Below are positions 1-9,573 of a stretch of DNA of 64,000 nucleotides, piece after piece. The DNA is from a virus. Where the stretch lies: IMG/VR virus record IMGVR_UViG_3300012953_000013, positions 1-64,000 of that record; one strand, 5' to 3'. A model generated the notes under the pieces. The model saw only the letters and a list, made by a program, of their open reading frames with translations. It ran no database searches and was not told the origin of the DNA. Each line of letters starts with the position of its first letter. The stretch's first letter is position 1. Position numbers and translations under genes: made by a program.

Positions 1-31
1 ATCTTCTAAGCTGTCTTTTTGTGATTTTCAT
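1..31 (-). CDS. 5' end of a further MKITKRQLRR-tagged ORF, truncated by the window edge
   Basis: ATG at 31 reads MKITKRQLRR...; overlaps the TGA of the upstream ORF (ATGA). Confidence 0.8.
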   Translation of the reverse strand, partial: MKITKRQLRR

Positions 32-300
32 AATGCACCTTGCACTATAAGCGTAAGAGCTTCTACGACTTCTTCTTTTGAATATCCTTTTCTAATAAGC
101 TCTCTAACTGGAACCACGATGGTATCTTCGAGATCAAAGTATTCTTTTTCAAGTAATGCGCTTTGATTTGCGTCATCAATTCCAGGAATGGGTTCAAACT
201 CTTTGGTCTGGCGGCCAAACTCTTCAGAGCCAAACTCTTTAAGGAGCCTTGCTCGTTCTTCTTTGATAATTCTTCTTAGTTGTCTTTTTGTGATTTTCAT
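28..300 (-). CDS. Tagged small acidic protein (MKITKRQLRRIIKEE)
   Basis: N-terminal repeated tag; TAATG coupling to the previous gene. Confidence 0.85.
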   Translation of the reverse strand: MKITKRQLRRIIKEERARLLKEFGSEEFGRQTKEFEPIPGIDDANQSALLEKEYFDLEDTIVVPVRELIRKGYSKEEVVEALTLIVQGAL

Positions 301-794
301 TACATACTCTCCGCAGCGTAAATTTTAAGATCTTCTACATTACCATCAAAATGCCAAAGCAGTTCTTCCCACTCATCTCTCTCAAATTCAAATTGGGCTG
401 CGTCAGCAAGATCATATGCCACGTCTTGAAGCTCCATATCTGGATTATCTGCTTGAAAATCATCAGCTGCAATTACTGCCCAATCCTGAAGTCGGGATAG
501 AAGATTATCAATATCCAACCTTGCAGAATCTGCTTTCATTTTCTTGATTCTTCTTTTTACTTCTCGATCTTCCTGTTTGCCAAGCACCTCATCATCAAGC
601 TTTTTCCAGTCTTCAGGAGAAAGTTCCTCCCGACTTAGGTCAATACCAAGGCGCCGGGACAAGTCTGGAACAGCGGCATCTGGAACGCCTGATATCGAGT
701 CTTCTCCAAAATCTATCACTTCGCCTGTTTCTCTGTTGACAAAATCAATTGCTTCTCGAATGATTCTTTTAAGTTGTCGTTTAGTTATCTTCAC
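300..794 (-). CDS. Tagged acidic hypothetical protein (MKITKRQLKRIIREA)
   Basis: GTG start with GGAGG upstream; tag. Confidence 0.85.
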   Translation of the reverse strand: MKITKRQLKRIIREAIDFVNRETGEVIDFGEDSISGVPDAAVPDLSRRLGIDLSREELSPEDWKKLDDEVLGKQEDREVKRRIKKMKADSARLDIDNLLSRLQDWAVIAADDFQADNPDMELQDVAYDLADAAQFEFERDEWEELLWHFDGNVEDLKIYAAESM

Positions 795-1068
795 TATAAC
801 CTCCAGTCATAAGCTTGACTATCAATGGTTCTATTTGCCCTATAATATTCATTGCTTCTATAGAAAAATCGTCTACTTCTTCATCAGAAAATTTACCATA
901 AAATCTATTTTCAAGTCTTGACATCATTGTCTCTATTATACTTTGAGCTTTTTCCATACTTTTATATTCATCGCTATAAGAAGGATTGTCGATCAAACCG
1001 TGATCATACTCGCCGTCATTAAAAGATTCTTTTATTAGTCTTACGATATCTTTTCTAGTTATCTTCAT
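781..1068 (-). CDS. Tagged acidic hypothetical protein (MKITRKDIVRLIKES)
   Basis: Tag variant; TAATG coupling. Confidence 0.85.
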   Translation of the reverse strand: MKITRKDIVRLIKESFNDGEYDHGLIDNPSYSDEYKSMEKAQSIIETMMSRLENRFYGKFSDEEVDDFSIEAMNIIGQIEPLIVKLMTGGYSEDN

Positions 1069-1322
1069 TATTCATCTTCCTCAGCTTCTAGCTCTTCAAG
1101 AGTTTTCTTACTCCACTTGCTTTTCGGCATCAATTTTTCGATACGAAAATTCAAAGCTTTCATTCCGTTAATTGTTGGTTGACCTAAATCGTCTGTGCCT
1201 ATTTTCTTTACAATTGTTCTCTTATTTTTGAACCTTCCTGTAAGAATCACATCACCTTCTTCAATATCAAGCTCTAGAGCTTCACTAATAATCTTTCTAA
1301 GCTGTCGTCTTGTAATTTTCAT
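1068..1322 (-). CDS. Tagged hypothetical protein (MKITRRQLRKIISEA) with small beta-rich domain (DIEEGDVILTGRFKNK)
   Basis: Start refined from 1337 to the tag ATG at 1322; ATGA overlap with the upstream gene. Confidence 0.85.
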   Translation of the reverse strand: MKITRRQLRKIISEALELDIEEGDVILTGRFKNKRTIVKKIGTDDLGQPTINGMKALNFRIEKLMPKSKWSKKTLEELEAEEDE

Positions 1323-2263
1323 GAAAAGCCTCCCCATCCTCCGTAATATTGTCCGCTGCCAGACGATCTCTTTATACGCTCTTTTTCGTATTCTTTCTTA
1401 AATTTCTCTTTCTGGTGATTTGAGCGATCATAATCTGTCATGCTGCTTGTTACGTCTATAAGCGCGCTGACTACTTTTCCGGTTAATCCATCGATGACGC
1501 TATTTCTTCTTTTCTCATCCATTGCCTCCATTCGAGGAACGGCAATCACTAATTCGTCTATTAAAATCTCAACCCACTCCTCAATCTGAGGTTTGAACTT
1601 TGTGACATCAGATACAGTGGCTATCGTTTTTCTCTCGGCTAGTAGCACTTGGTGAATGATTTTTCTTAGCTGAGTCTCAGTAATTCTCGCTTTATTTTCC
1701 GTCAAACTATAAAGTCTGTCCCAATGCTGCTGTGATATTCCTGCCGGCGGAGTTCCGCCAGTTTCATCAGAAATAGCATCAATCGCAGCTCGATATTTCT
1801 TTTTTTGCTTTGGCGAAGGAGATGAACTAAGGTTGTGTACCATATCTGCTAGTTTAACCCTAAGAGCTGGTTGGTCTCCTATTAGGTCGACGACATATGA
1901 TTGATAGTCTCCACCTTTTTCATGAGTTAAAGCGCGTACTACTCTGGTGACCTCTTCGCCTGCTCTGGGGTCGGTAATAGAACCTTTGATGAAACCCTCC
2001 ATTTCTTCGATAGAATCAACTGTAGAGCCAGGAGCGTCCTCCAGGGTATCATGGAGTAATGCAGCTAGCTGTGATATTCTATCATCCGGATAGAATCTGT
2101 TCACTATATTTCTAACTTCTGCTGGATGAGTGAAATAATCTTCTCCGCTTCTTCTCTTTTGCCCGACATGCGCCATCCTTGCCGTTGCATATACATCACG
2201 GAAATCATCCCTGTAGAATTTTTCTAATAGTATTTCTCTTATGAGTTTCCGTGATACCTTCAT
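1319..2263 (-). CDS. RelA/SpoT-type HD-domain (p)ppGpp hydrolase-like protein (small alarmone hydrolase) with N-terminal and internal tag
   Basis: Motifs AHVGQKRRSGEDYFTHP, AALLHDTLED and VKLADMVHNL match the SpoT/Mesh1 HD domain; tags MKVSRKLIREILLE and ITETQLRKIIHQVLLAE. Confidence 0.8.
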   Translation of the reverse strand: MKVSRKLIREILLEKFYRDDFRDVYATARMAHVGQKRRSGEDYFTHPAEVRNIVNRFYPDDRISQLAALLHDTLEDAPGSTVDSIEEMEGFIKGSITDPRAGEEVTRVVRALTHEKGGDYQSYVVDLIGDQPALRVKLADMVHNLSSSPSPKQKKKYRAAIDAISDETGGTPPAGISQQHWDRLYSLTENKARITETQLRKIIHQVLLAERKTIATVSDVTKFKPQIEEWVEILIDELVIAVPRMEAMDEKRRNSVIDGLTGKVVSALIDVTSSMTDYDRSNHQKEKFKKEYEKERIKRSSGSGQYYGGWGGFS

Positions 2264-2565
2264 TACTCGCACCCTCTATCACCGATAAAATTTTTTCTCC
2301 AATTAAGATAGACTTCATCTTCAGAAGAGATGCATACATCACACTGGAGTCGATTTTCACATTTATTCAACGCGTAACAAAATGGTTCTTTAATTTCTAG
2401 TAAACTAGATACGCAAGTAGGAATTTCTTTAAGGCAAGGATCACATTGGGTTGGCCTTTGCGATTCTACTTCAACAGGTGGTGTTTGAGTTTGAGGACAA
2501 GAATCTATACCCATAAGTAAAAAACTGACGCTAACTACCAATATTAGTCTAAAATCTAGCATCAT
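2263..2565 (-). CDS. Cys-rich secreted or lipoprotein-like protein
   Basis: Hydrophobic N-terminus ending LLMGIDSC; 7 Cys. Confidence 0.65.
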   Translation of the reverse strand: MMLDFRLILVVSVSFLLMGIDSCPQTQTPPVEVESQRPTQCDPCLKEIPTCVSSLLEIKEPFCYALNKCENRLQCDVCISSEDEVYLNWRKNFIGDRGCE

Positions 2566-2768
2566 TTCTTTTCCTTTTTGAGATCTTTAAAAAATTCGCG
2601 ATAAAACAGCTCTTCTCTTATTATCTTTCTAAGTAAAGATGAAGATATTTTTGTAGTTTCTTTTTTCATTTCATCGCACTCGCTCTTTTCTTTCTCTTCC
2701 CATTCTTTTGCCATTTCTGGATCATTAGCCCACATCCAACGTCTTTGTTTTTCTGATTTAAACGGCAT
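2562..2768 (-). CDS. Small phage protein (MPFKSEKQRRWMWAN...) with C-terminal tag copy
   Basis: ISSSLLRKIIREEL near the C-terminus. Confidence 0.75.
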   Translation of the reverse strand: MPFKSEKQRRWMWANDPEMAKEWEEKEKSECDEMKKETTKISSSLLRKIIREELFYREFFKDLKKEKK

Positions 2769-2781
2769 AATAAACTAAATC

Positions 2782-3879
2782 CTAATCGTAGTATGACCCA
2801 GGAGATCTCTTGTATGGCTTACGCCTTCCAAGTTGACCGCCAGCTCTTCTCTCTAAAAAGTCTATAAAATCATCCCAAGTGCCAGGCTTGTCTGAATTCC
2901 ATTCGTAGTCTTCCATACTAACAGTAATTTCACCAATGCCATGAGAAATAGAAGGTGGTGGACTTAAGCGAACATATTTCTTATATTTCTTCCACTTGAT
3001 GCCTTCCATATCAGAGGGCTCGATACCGGCTGTGAATTGATTACCTAAGAACCTGAGCCACGCTGTATCTGGATCAGAAGAGATTCTGGCTTTCATCGCT
3101 TTCGAATACTCATCATAAGCTGCATCTTCAATATCTCTTAAAAACTGGTAAGCTTTATTCGAATCCCACCCTTCTGGAGCAGGCATATTATACCCCTCCT
3201 CTCCGACATTGCTGAACCATCCAATTGCTTCATCAGCTATAAACCCCATCTCGTTATTATCAACGTAAGGTTTTAATGCAGGATCAGCTAATGCACCTGC
3301 AATATCACCAGTTAAAGCATAGTTGGCAAGTACATTATAATCATCCACATCTTCATACGGGTTCTGAATAATCGTTTGGTGCTCTTCTCTTAAAAGAAGC
3401 TGTTTGATGCGAAATCTTATAGAAGCTTCTGACATTTGACCTCTTGATTTTTGAAGAGCTGCGTTAGCCAGTTTTGCGTTTAAGCCTTTGGGTCCTTGAG
3501 GATCCCATTTTGAAGCTGCCCAAGAAAAATTCTTAGTAGGCCTTCCATATCTCTTGATCGTATCTCCAGTGCGGCTTATCGCACCCTTAATTGCTGCTAT
3601 TAAATCTTTGCCGCTGGCTCCAGGAGGAAGAACTCTTGTTCCTGAAATATGATAATTAGATCGACCCTCTCCTGGGCCGTGATAATCCATTCCACCCACA
3701 GCAGCCGAATCTTTAACAACGACTGTTATCACATCAGAACTTGAATCATGAAATACTTCAAGCTTTTGGTTGTATCTGTAATCACCATCAATATCGGCGT
3801 CAATGTAGCCTATAACATTTCCAGCTGGCTCGCTAGCTTCTTTGATAATTCTTCTAATTTGAGATCTAGTAATTTTCAT
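2782..3879 (-). CDS. Tagged two-module hypothetical protein
   Basis: MKITRSQIRRIIKEA and internal SEASIRFRIKQLLLREE; 365 aa. Confidence 0.85.
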   Translation of the reverse strand: MKITRSQIRRIIKEASEPAGNVIGYIDADIDGDYRYNQKLEVFHDSSSDVITVVVKDSAAVGGMDYHGPGEGRSNYHISGTRVLPPGASGKDLIAAIKGAISRTGDTIKRYGRPTKNFSWAASKWDPQGPKGLNAKLANAALQKSRGQMSEASIRFRIKQLLLREEHQTIIQNPYEDVDDYNVLANYALTGDIAGALADPALKPYVDNNEMGFIADEAIGWFSNVGEEGYNMPAPEGWDSNKAYQFLRDIEDAAYDEYSKAMKARISSDPDTAWLRFLGNQFTAGIEPSDMEGIKWKKYKKYVRLSPPPSISHGIGEITVSMEDYEWNSDKPGTWDDFIDFLERRAGGQLGRRKPYKRSPGSYYD

Positions 3880-4964
3880 CAGTCTAACCTTATTGGCATT
3901 AAATCTGGAAACTTCTCCATGAGATAAGGATTAACTCCACCACTTGAGTATACTCCATCTGGCTCTTGGGCTACTACTCTGCCAACGCCAGTTGTTCCGT
4001 CTTCATAAGCTCTAATGTTTACAAAAACTCCGTCCATGCCGTCAGCATATTCTATATCGCCCCAATCATTTTCAAACTCTTCAAAAGCATCAAAACCCAT
4101 GATAAAATCACCAGAATCAAAATCATATCCTAAAAATACTTCATTTGGATCTGAAAAACCGCTGTTTTTTAATACAGAATATATCGAGCTCATTAGAGCA
4201 GAATTGCCATAAATCATATCAAATACTTTATGGCCGTTAAAAGTTACCCTATCTGGCCACGCAGCATTTATCTCAGCATCGCTAACATCATCTAAAATGT
4301 CAACCATCTTTCCGGTTTCTTCTTTAACGATTCTTTTTATTTTTTCTCTAAATTCAAAAAGAGCAGCAGCTTCTTTGCTTGATTTGCTTAAAATCCTGCT
4401 TACAATTTTGTTTTGCTTTGAGCTAAGACCCCGGCCAGCTTTGAGCTGTTTTAATATTGACGTCAAGAAATTATTTGGCTTGGCTTCTAAAGCAGCTTCA
4501 ACTGCTGCAATTTTTTCAGCATTTGCACTTGTGCCTACATTAGTAGTTTTTCTTCGAGAAGAATAGCGAGATCTTCTTCCGTGCCAAGGAGCATTAGTAC
4601 CATAAGTACCCCCACCATATTGGCGACCGAAATCTCGACCCATCTTAGTAACATTACCCTCGTCATCATAAATGTTACCATCTTCATCGACGTACTGTTC
4701 ATACTCTTTAAGCATTTCAGATTCAGCCAACTTTTTTGCATTAGCTGATCGAGCAGTCCCGCGAGTCCAATGCCTCGCAAGATCTACGCTTTTTGACCAT
4801 CCTTTAGAATCTACAACAGCGCCATTTCCCCAAGTCTTACTCTGGACAGTCGCTAAGTCTTCAAGAGATCCACTCCAAGGGTGACCATCAACGTGTCCTT
4901 TCGAAAGCATTTTTTCATAATACTCTCGAATAACTTTTCGAAGTTGTTTTTCTGTGATCTTCAT
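3879..4964 (-). CDS. Tagged multi-module hypothetical protein
   Basis: MKITEKQLRKVIREY and internal FREKIKRIVKEE; 361 aa. Confidence 0.85.
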   Translation of the reverse strand: MKITEKQLRKVIREYYEKMLSKGHVDGHPWSGSLEDLATVQSKTWGNGAVVDSKGWSKSVDLARHWTRGTARSANAKKLAESEMLKEYEQYVDEDGNIYDDEGNVTKMGRDFGRQYGGGTYGTNAPWHGRRSRYSSRRKTTNVGTSANAEKIAAVEAALEAKPNNFLTSILKQLKAGRGLSSKQNKIVSRILSKSSKEAAALFEFREKIKRIVKEETGKMVDILDDVSDAEINAAWPDRVTFNGHKVFDMIYGNSALMSSIYSVLKNSGFSDPNEVFLGYDFDSGDFIMGFDAFEEFENDWGDIEYADGMDGVFVNIRAYEDGTTGVGRVVAQEPDGVYSSGGVNPYLMEKFPDLMPIRLD

Positions 4965-4966
4965 TA

Positions 4967-5572
4967 CTATCTCCGGCGAGTATTTGATCTAATGATCCTC
5001 TTGATTCTTCTTCTAACTGCCTCATCTTTTCGAGCTTCAGCATCTTCAGCTCTACTTTCTTCTTCTTTATCGTCTTCAATATCTCTTTTTAGATCTTTAA
5101 TATGATCGATGTCATCTTTAATATTTTTATGGAGTCTGTCCAATTCAGTATCAATTTCATCTTCATTGAGCCTGCGTCGAGTTTCTCGAACTATTCTTCT
5201 TAGTTTGCTCTTAAGTCTTCTTCGGCTCTCCATAGCAACCCCAACTAATTCTGTTCCTGGATCTTCAGATGTAGTTTCAGTAGCATCAAGCTCTACGCCT
5301 GCTGCACTGGCCAAATCTTGAATAGCTGCCATAGCAGTTTTTGCTTTATGCTCGACATCTCCGTGAGACCCATCATAATCTAAATGGCTGGGATCTGTTT
5401 TCGATTCATCTCCCTTGTTCCCGCCTTCTGGACCCTCAAAATCTTTATAGTGTCCTCCAACATCGCCAGACTTATGCCCATCATCTCTTTTATAATCATG
5501 AGCATCGCCACCCCAATGACCGGCTGCCTCTTCGCGAATAATTCTTCTTAATTGTCTTTTTGAAATTTTCAT
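4967..5572 (-). CDS. Tagged acidic, coiled-coil protein
   Basis: MKISKRQLRRIIREE; internal LKSKLRRIVRE and terminal RRRIKRIIRS; D/E/H/G-rich. Confidence 0.85.
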   Translation of the reverse strand: MKISKRQLRRIIREEAAGHWGGDAHDYKRDDGHKSGDVGGHYKDFEGPEGGNKGDESKTDPSHLDYDGSHGDVEHKAKTAMAAIQDLASAAGVELDATETTSEDPGTELVGVAMESRRRLKSKLRRIVRETRRRLNEDEIDTELDRLHKNIKDDIDHIKDLKRDIEDDKEEESRAEDAEARKDEAVRRRIKRIIRSNTRRR

Positions 5573-5573
5573 C

Positions 5574-5990
5574 TTATTCTTCCTTATTTCCTAATTTTGA
5601 AACTTTTTCTTTGAGGCTCTTGAGTCTATCTAAAACCCAGTTATAACCGCCAACGACTTTTGATTTTGCCCAATCGTAAACACCCAAACACCATCCTTTT
5701 ACAGTGTCCCAGAGATCACAGAATATTTCTACTACTTGGTCCCAAGCAAGATCTAATATATCTACAATTAGTTTTAATGGCGCACTAAGCACCCTAAGTA
5801 ATGGATGCTTATCTCTGCGTAGCATAAGCCAAGTCAAGACAACTCCAACTAACAAACCTTCCATCCTTGGGAAGTTTACATGAATATGATATAAAACTTC
5901 CCAAGCCCAAACTCCACCGAGAACAGCTATTTCGCAAACTGATTCTCCAAGTCCAACTATTAAATTCCACGTTGCTTTTAAAACTTCCAT
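5574..5990 (-). CDS. Membrane protein (untagged)
   Basis: Hydrophobic and amphipathic Trp-rich helices. Confidence 0.75.
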   Translation of the reverse strand: MEVLKATWNLIVGLGESVCEIAVLGGVWAWEVLYHIHVNFPRMEGLLVGVVLTWLMLRRDKHPLLRVLSAPLKLIVDILDLAWDQVVEIFCDLWDTVKGWCLGVYDWAKSKVVGGYNWVLDRLKSLKEKVSKLGNKEE

Positions 5991-6409
5991 TATCTAGGCC
6001 TCGTATAAAGTGATTTCAAACCTTTTTCGGGATATGGTTGAGAATGATCGTGCCAACCACCCTTTCTAAATTCGTCTAGCCATTCTGATCCGGCAGCAGC
6101 TAAATCTTCCATTGTTTGAACATTCGCATTTTGAATTATGTCTTCTAGGGCTTCTTCATCTTCCGGCCAGAGATCATCTACCCATAAGGCATCTAGAATC
6201 GCTGTTCCTGCTGCTATAAAGTCACCGTTCATTGCAGCTTCTAAACCCTTGACACCATAAGCTCTTCCGTCTAGAGCTGACTTATTCCCCAAAGCTTTTA
6301 AAACATAACCAGGACCAGCTGGCCGGCCAGACTGTTCTGAAACTAGATTCCAATTATCTTTAATTGTTTTTCTAATAACTTTTCTAAGTTGATTTTCTGT
6401 TAATTTCAT
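5990..6409 (-). CDS. Tagged hypothetical protein (MKLTENQLRKVIRKTIKD)
   Basis: Start refined to 6409; ATGA overlap. Confidence 0.8.
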   Translation of the reverse strand: MKLTENQLRKVIRKTIKDNWNLVSEQSGRPAGPGYVLKALGNKSALDGRAYGVKGLEAAMNGDFIAAGTAILDALWVDDLWPEDEEALEDIIQNANVQTMEDLAAAGSEWLDEFRKGGWHDHSQPYPEKGLKSLYTRPR

Positions 6410-6966
6410 CTGTACCATCCTGCTTCGTAGTCCTCATCATCAGACCAAACGCCACCCTCTCTATAAGCTAAGAGATCTTCCATTGTGGTGAACCATGCAT
6501 CATCTTCAGAATCAAAGAAAATAGTTCCGTCTTCTTGCATTATGTCTAACACAGAAAATATTTCATCTTGCATCAAATCATCAACTGGCGCAAGATTCAA
6601 AAGTTTATCAACTAAATCTGCTCCAGCAATAGATGGCTCTTCTTCTACAGCGGCAATTATAGCGTTTTCTATTTCGCCAAAACGCTCTTTCATAAATCCT
6701 TCATTCATAATATTCTCAACAATCTTTAAAACCTGGTGTCCCCTTACTACTTTATCATCTGTAAGAGCGATATCCTCAAAATCAATTGGGTGCACTAAGT
6801 TAGATCCTCCGGCCCATGCATCATCGACCGTTTCTAAATCTTCAGCTCTATCTCTAGCAAGAAATGCACTCTCTTGCTCTTCAGCAGAAATAGTCTTTTC
6901 TTCTTGCGAAAGAGTTTCGATTTCTTCTTTAATAATTTGCCTTATCTGTTTTCTAGTGATCTTCAT
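6406..6966 (-). CDS. Tagged acidic hypothetical protein (MKITRKQIRQIIKEE)
   Basis: Start refined from 7062 to the tag ATG at 6966. Confidence 0.85.
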   Translation of the reverse strand: MKITRKQIRQIIKEEIETLSQEEKTISAEEQESAFLARDRAEDLETVDDAWAGGSNLVHPIDFEDIALTDDKVVRGHQVLKIVENIMNEGFMKERFGEIENAIIAAVEEEPSIAGADLVDKLLNLAPVDDLMQDEIFSVLDIMQEDGTIFFDSEDDAWFTTMEDLLAYREGGVWSDDEDYEAGWYR

Positions 6967-6967
6967 T

Positions 6968-7198
6968 TTACCATCCTTCTCGTTCGCCGCGAGCTTCTTC
7001 GTGGAGCTCATCAGCAAGTCCGCGCATTTCATCAGCAGCTTCTTGGAATCCAATAGCTCCAATTAACTCATCAAGAGCTTCATGCAAATCAGCTAAAATT
7101 TCAGTTGCTGAACGAGCAGGAGCTGGTGTATATTCATTCAAGAGCTTTGCCTTCTCTTCCTTGATGATTCTCTGAAGCTGTCTTTTTGTAATTTTCAT
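6968..7198 (-). CDS. Tagged small acidic protein (MKITKRQLQRIIKEE)
   Basis: Start refined from 7312 to 7198. Confidence 0.85.
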   Translation of the reverse strand: MKITKRQLQRIIKEEKAKLLNEYTPAPARSATEILADLHEALDELIGAIGFQEAADEMRGLADELHEEARGEREGW

Positions 7199-7208
7199 TA
7201 TCCTATCC

Positions 7209-7460
7209 TTATGAAAGTATCTTAAGCTTAATGTAGCCGAAGCTTCTTTCAGCGACATCACCTGAAAGTGCTGCATCGATTTGTTCAAGCGCTGTTTGAG
7301 CTGCCGGATCATCTTCTGAGGCCATGCTAAGCTCTATTAAGCGATCGAAAAAAGCACGGCCTTGAGCGATAATGCTGTCAGCATCAACTGCTTGCTCATT
7401 CAAGAGCTTTTGTTTCTCTTCTTTAATAATTCTCTTAAGCTGTCGTTTTGTAAGTTTCAT
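7209..7460 (-). CDS. Tagged small protein (MKLTKRQLKRIIKEE)
   Basis: Tag; ATGA overlap. Confidence 0.85.
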   Translation of the reverse strand: MKLTKRQLKRIIKEEKQKLLNEQAVDADSIIAQGRAFFDRLIELSMASEDDPAAQTALEQIDAALSGDVAERSFGYIKLKILS

Positions 7461-7798
7461 GATAATTTTCCTACTGCATAGGGACCTATAATTTTTGTAT
7501 CTGGATCAGGTTCAACCATGTTCTTAGAAATAACAACAAAAGTATTTCCCGCTATTTCAACTTCAACGTATCTCATACCCATGCCACTCATATAATCAGT
7601 ATTGAAACCGTAATCAGCTATTTTGTCTGCCATGTCCATAATAGCGCTCGAGCCTGAATCAACAATCTCTTGAACTGCTTGGTGGAGCTTTGCAAGCCCT
7701 TCAGTCGGATCTCGATTAATTGGTCGACCCTGGAACGATGCCTGTTCCAGCATAGATTCTCTAATAATTCTTCTAAGCTGTCTTTTTGTTATTTTCAT
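7457..7798 (-). CDS. Tagged hypothetical protein (MKITKRQLRRIIRES)
   Basis: Tag; TAATG overlap. Confidence 0.85.
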   Translation of the reverse strand: MKITKRQLRRIIRESMLEQASFQGRPINRDPTEGLAKLHQAVQEIVDSGSSAIMDMADKIADYGFNTDYMSGMGMRYVEVEIAGNTFVVISKNMVEPDPDTKIIGPYAVGKLS

Positions 7799-8094
7799 TA
7801 CGGTCTTCCAATCTTTACAGACGGCATATCATGTTGCATACCTTGTTCTTTATAAAATTCGCGTGCCGCGTCAGTAAGTGCAGCGCTGGCTGCTTGAACA
7901 GCTTCGGCAGTAATGTTCATACCATCGGGTTCTGTTAGGCCTTGCTCAACCGCAACTTCATAAACAGTTTCAAGAATAGCTTCCTTAAACATTTCATATA
8001 CTCTTGAGTCGTACTGTCCAGCCGGAGCTTCTTTTAGAAGCCGCGCTTTCTCTTCTCTAATAATTCTCTTAAGTTGTCTTTTAGTAATTTTCAT
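7798..8094 (-). CDS. Tagged hypothetical protein (MKITKRQLKRIIREE)
   Basis: Tag; TAATG overlap. Confidence 0.85.
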   Translation of the reverse strand: MKITKRQLKRIIREEKARLLKEAPAGQYDSRVYEMFKEAILETVYEVAVEQGLTEPDGMNITAEAVQAASAALTDAAREFYKEQGMQHDMPSVKIGRP

Positions 8095-8399
8095 TACTGT
8101 ATCTCCGGGCCTAAGTCAATTTCGCTTGTATATTCATTTGTGTAGATTATCATACTAGAAGAATCATAACTGCCCTCAACTTGGCCGCCCATTGCTGTGG
8201 CTTCTCTTTCGATCGAGCCGTCAACATCATCTTCAAGGTCGAAATAGAAAAGAAGTTGACCCTCATTATCTTCTTCAGATTGAAGACCATACCCTCTTCC
8301 CCAAGCCAACCACTCTTCAGTTTTACGAGATAATGGCAGAGAACCAGCGCCTATAGTTTCTCTAATAATTTTTCTTATTTGCTTCCTTGATATTTTCAT
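8094..8399 (-). CDS. Tagged acidic protein (MKISRKQIRKIIRET)
   Basis: Tag. Confidence 0.85.
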   Translation of the reverse strand: MKISRKQIRKIIRETIGAGSLPLSRKTEEWLAWGRGYGLQSEEDNEGQLLFYFDLEDDVDGSIEREATAMGGQVEGSYDSSSMIIYTNEYTSEIDLGPEIQ

Positions 8400-8400
8400 T

Positions 8401-8700
8401 TTATCCTCTACTTGCCAAGTCTTCTAGTTCATCGATTAATGAATAAATGTTTGCATTTCGGTTTACTGGATCCATAGAACCTAAAATTGACATCAAAGTG
8501 CTTTCAGCTGCTCTAAATTCTTGATCTAACTGCATTTGTCTACCTTGCTCAGCACCGATTGGTTGTTCTTTTAGATAGTGGGGTCGATTCTGTTGCTGCG
8601 TAGAGTTAAATCCGGTTTCAGTAGAACCGAATCCAACTCCCCCGACTAATCCTCTGGACTCTTTGATTATTTTTCTTATTTGTTTTCTAGTAATTTTCAT
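8401..8700 (-). CDS. Tagged hypothetical protein (MKITRKQIRKIIKES)
   Basis: Start refined from 8736 to 8700. Confidence 0.85.
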   Translation of the reverse strand: MKITRKQIRKIIKESRGLVGGVGFGSTETGFNSTQQQNRPHYLKEQPIGAEQGRQMQLDQEFRAAESTLMSILGSMDPVNRNANIYSLIDELEDLASRG

Positions 8701-8704
8701 TTCT

Positions 8705-9037
8705 CTACCTATTCCCTGGATGATAATGGCCGTCATGCAGCCTCATTTCATTTTTTGAAATAACCCCTCTAATTGCTTGGACTAATTCTTCTTCAAGATC
8801 TAAAACAGCGCTCTCTACTTGTGTTATCCACTCTTCTCTTGTTGAACGACCAGCAAATATTTCTGGATCTTCATCAAAAAGCTCTTCTCCCATCGACCAG
8901 TTGTATTTTTCAACTATATCACCAACACCAGCAAAGATAAGATCTTCAAAGTCGATCATATCTGCAACTGACTCTTTGACTAATCTTGCTTTTTCTTCTC
9001 TGATGATTCTTATAAGCTGTCTTTTGGTGATTTTCAT
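8705..9037 (-). CDS. Tagged acidic protein (MKITKRQLIRIIREE)
   Basis: Tag. Confidence 0.85.
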   Translation of the reverse strand: MKITKRQLIRIIREEKARLVKESVADMIDFEDLIFAGVGDIVEKYNWSMGEELFDEDPEIFAGRSTREEWITQVESAVLDLEEELVQAIRGVISKNEMRLHDGHYHPGNR

Positions 9038-9038
9038 T

Positions 9039-9572
9039 TTATACCATCCCAGTCAAATCAACTACTGCCACGTCTTCTTCTGTGCCAACACTTTCAGTAA
9101 CAAGTGCAATTTGAGCATCAAGAGTTTCTAACAGCGCTTCAGCTTGTTTAGCAAGCGATTCAACAAGAGGTGCTTGCGCCGCTACTCCATCACCGCACCC
9201 AGGACAAAGAGCTGCAGCCGCTTGAACAGATTCAACAACCTGTTCTAAAGATCGCTGTGCAACTTCCATCTCTACAATAACTTCTTGTTCTGGAGCAAGG
9301 CTCTCAACTACTGGTGCGGCTTGAGCCGGCTCTACTGAAACTGGAGCAGAATCTGCTTGCATGTCAGATACATGCATATCATCTCCACACTCTCGAATTC
9401 TAGAGGCTCGAGCAGAATTTGAACCGAAGTCTCTAACTACTCTTGCATCTCTTCCGTAAGATTTTGCAAAATCTGGTCGCTTGTTTGGCTCCCAGCCTTC
9501 GAAGCCGATAGAGGTACCTCCATGAGCTGCTTCTGAAATAATTTTTCTAAGTTGTTTTCTAGTAATTTTCAT
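9039..9572 (-). CDS. Tagged protein with coiled coil and CPGC motif (MKITRKQLRKIISEA)
   Basis: Start refined from 9599 to 9572. Confidence 0.85.
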   Translation of the reverse strand: MKITRKQLRKIISEAAHGGTSIGFEGWEPNKRPDFAKSYGRDARVVRDFGSNSARASRIRECGDDMHVSDMQADSAPVSVEPAQAAPVVESLAPEQEVIVEMEVAQRSLEQVVESVQAAAALCPGCGDGVAAQAPLVESLAKQAEALLETLDAQIALVTESVGTEEDVAVVDLTGMV

Positions 9573-9573
9573 T

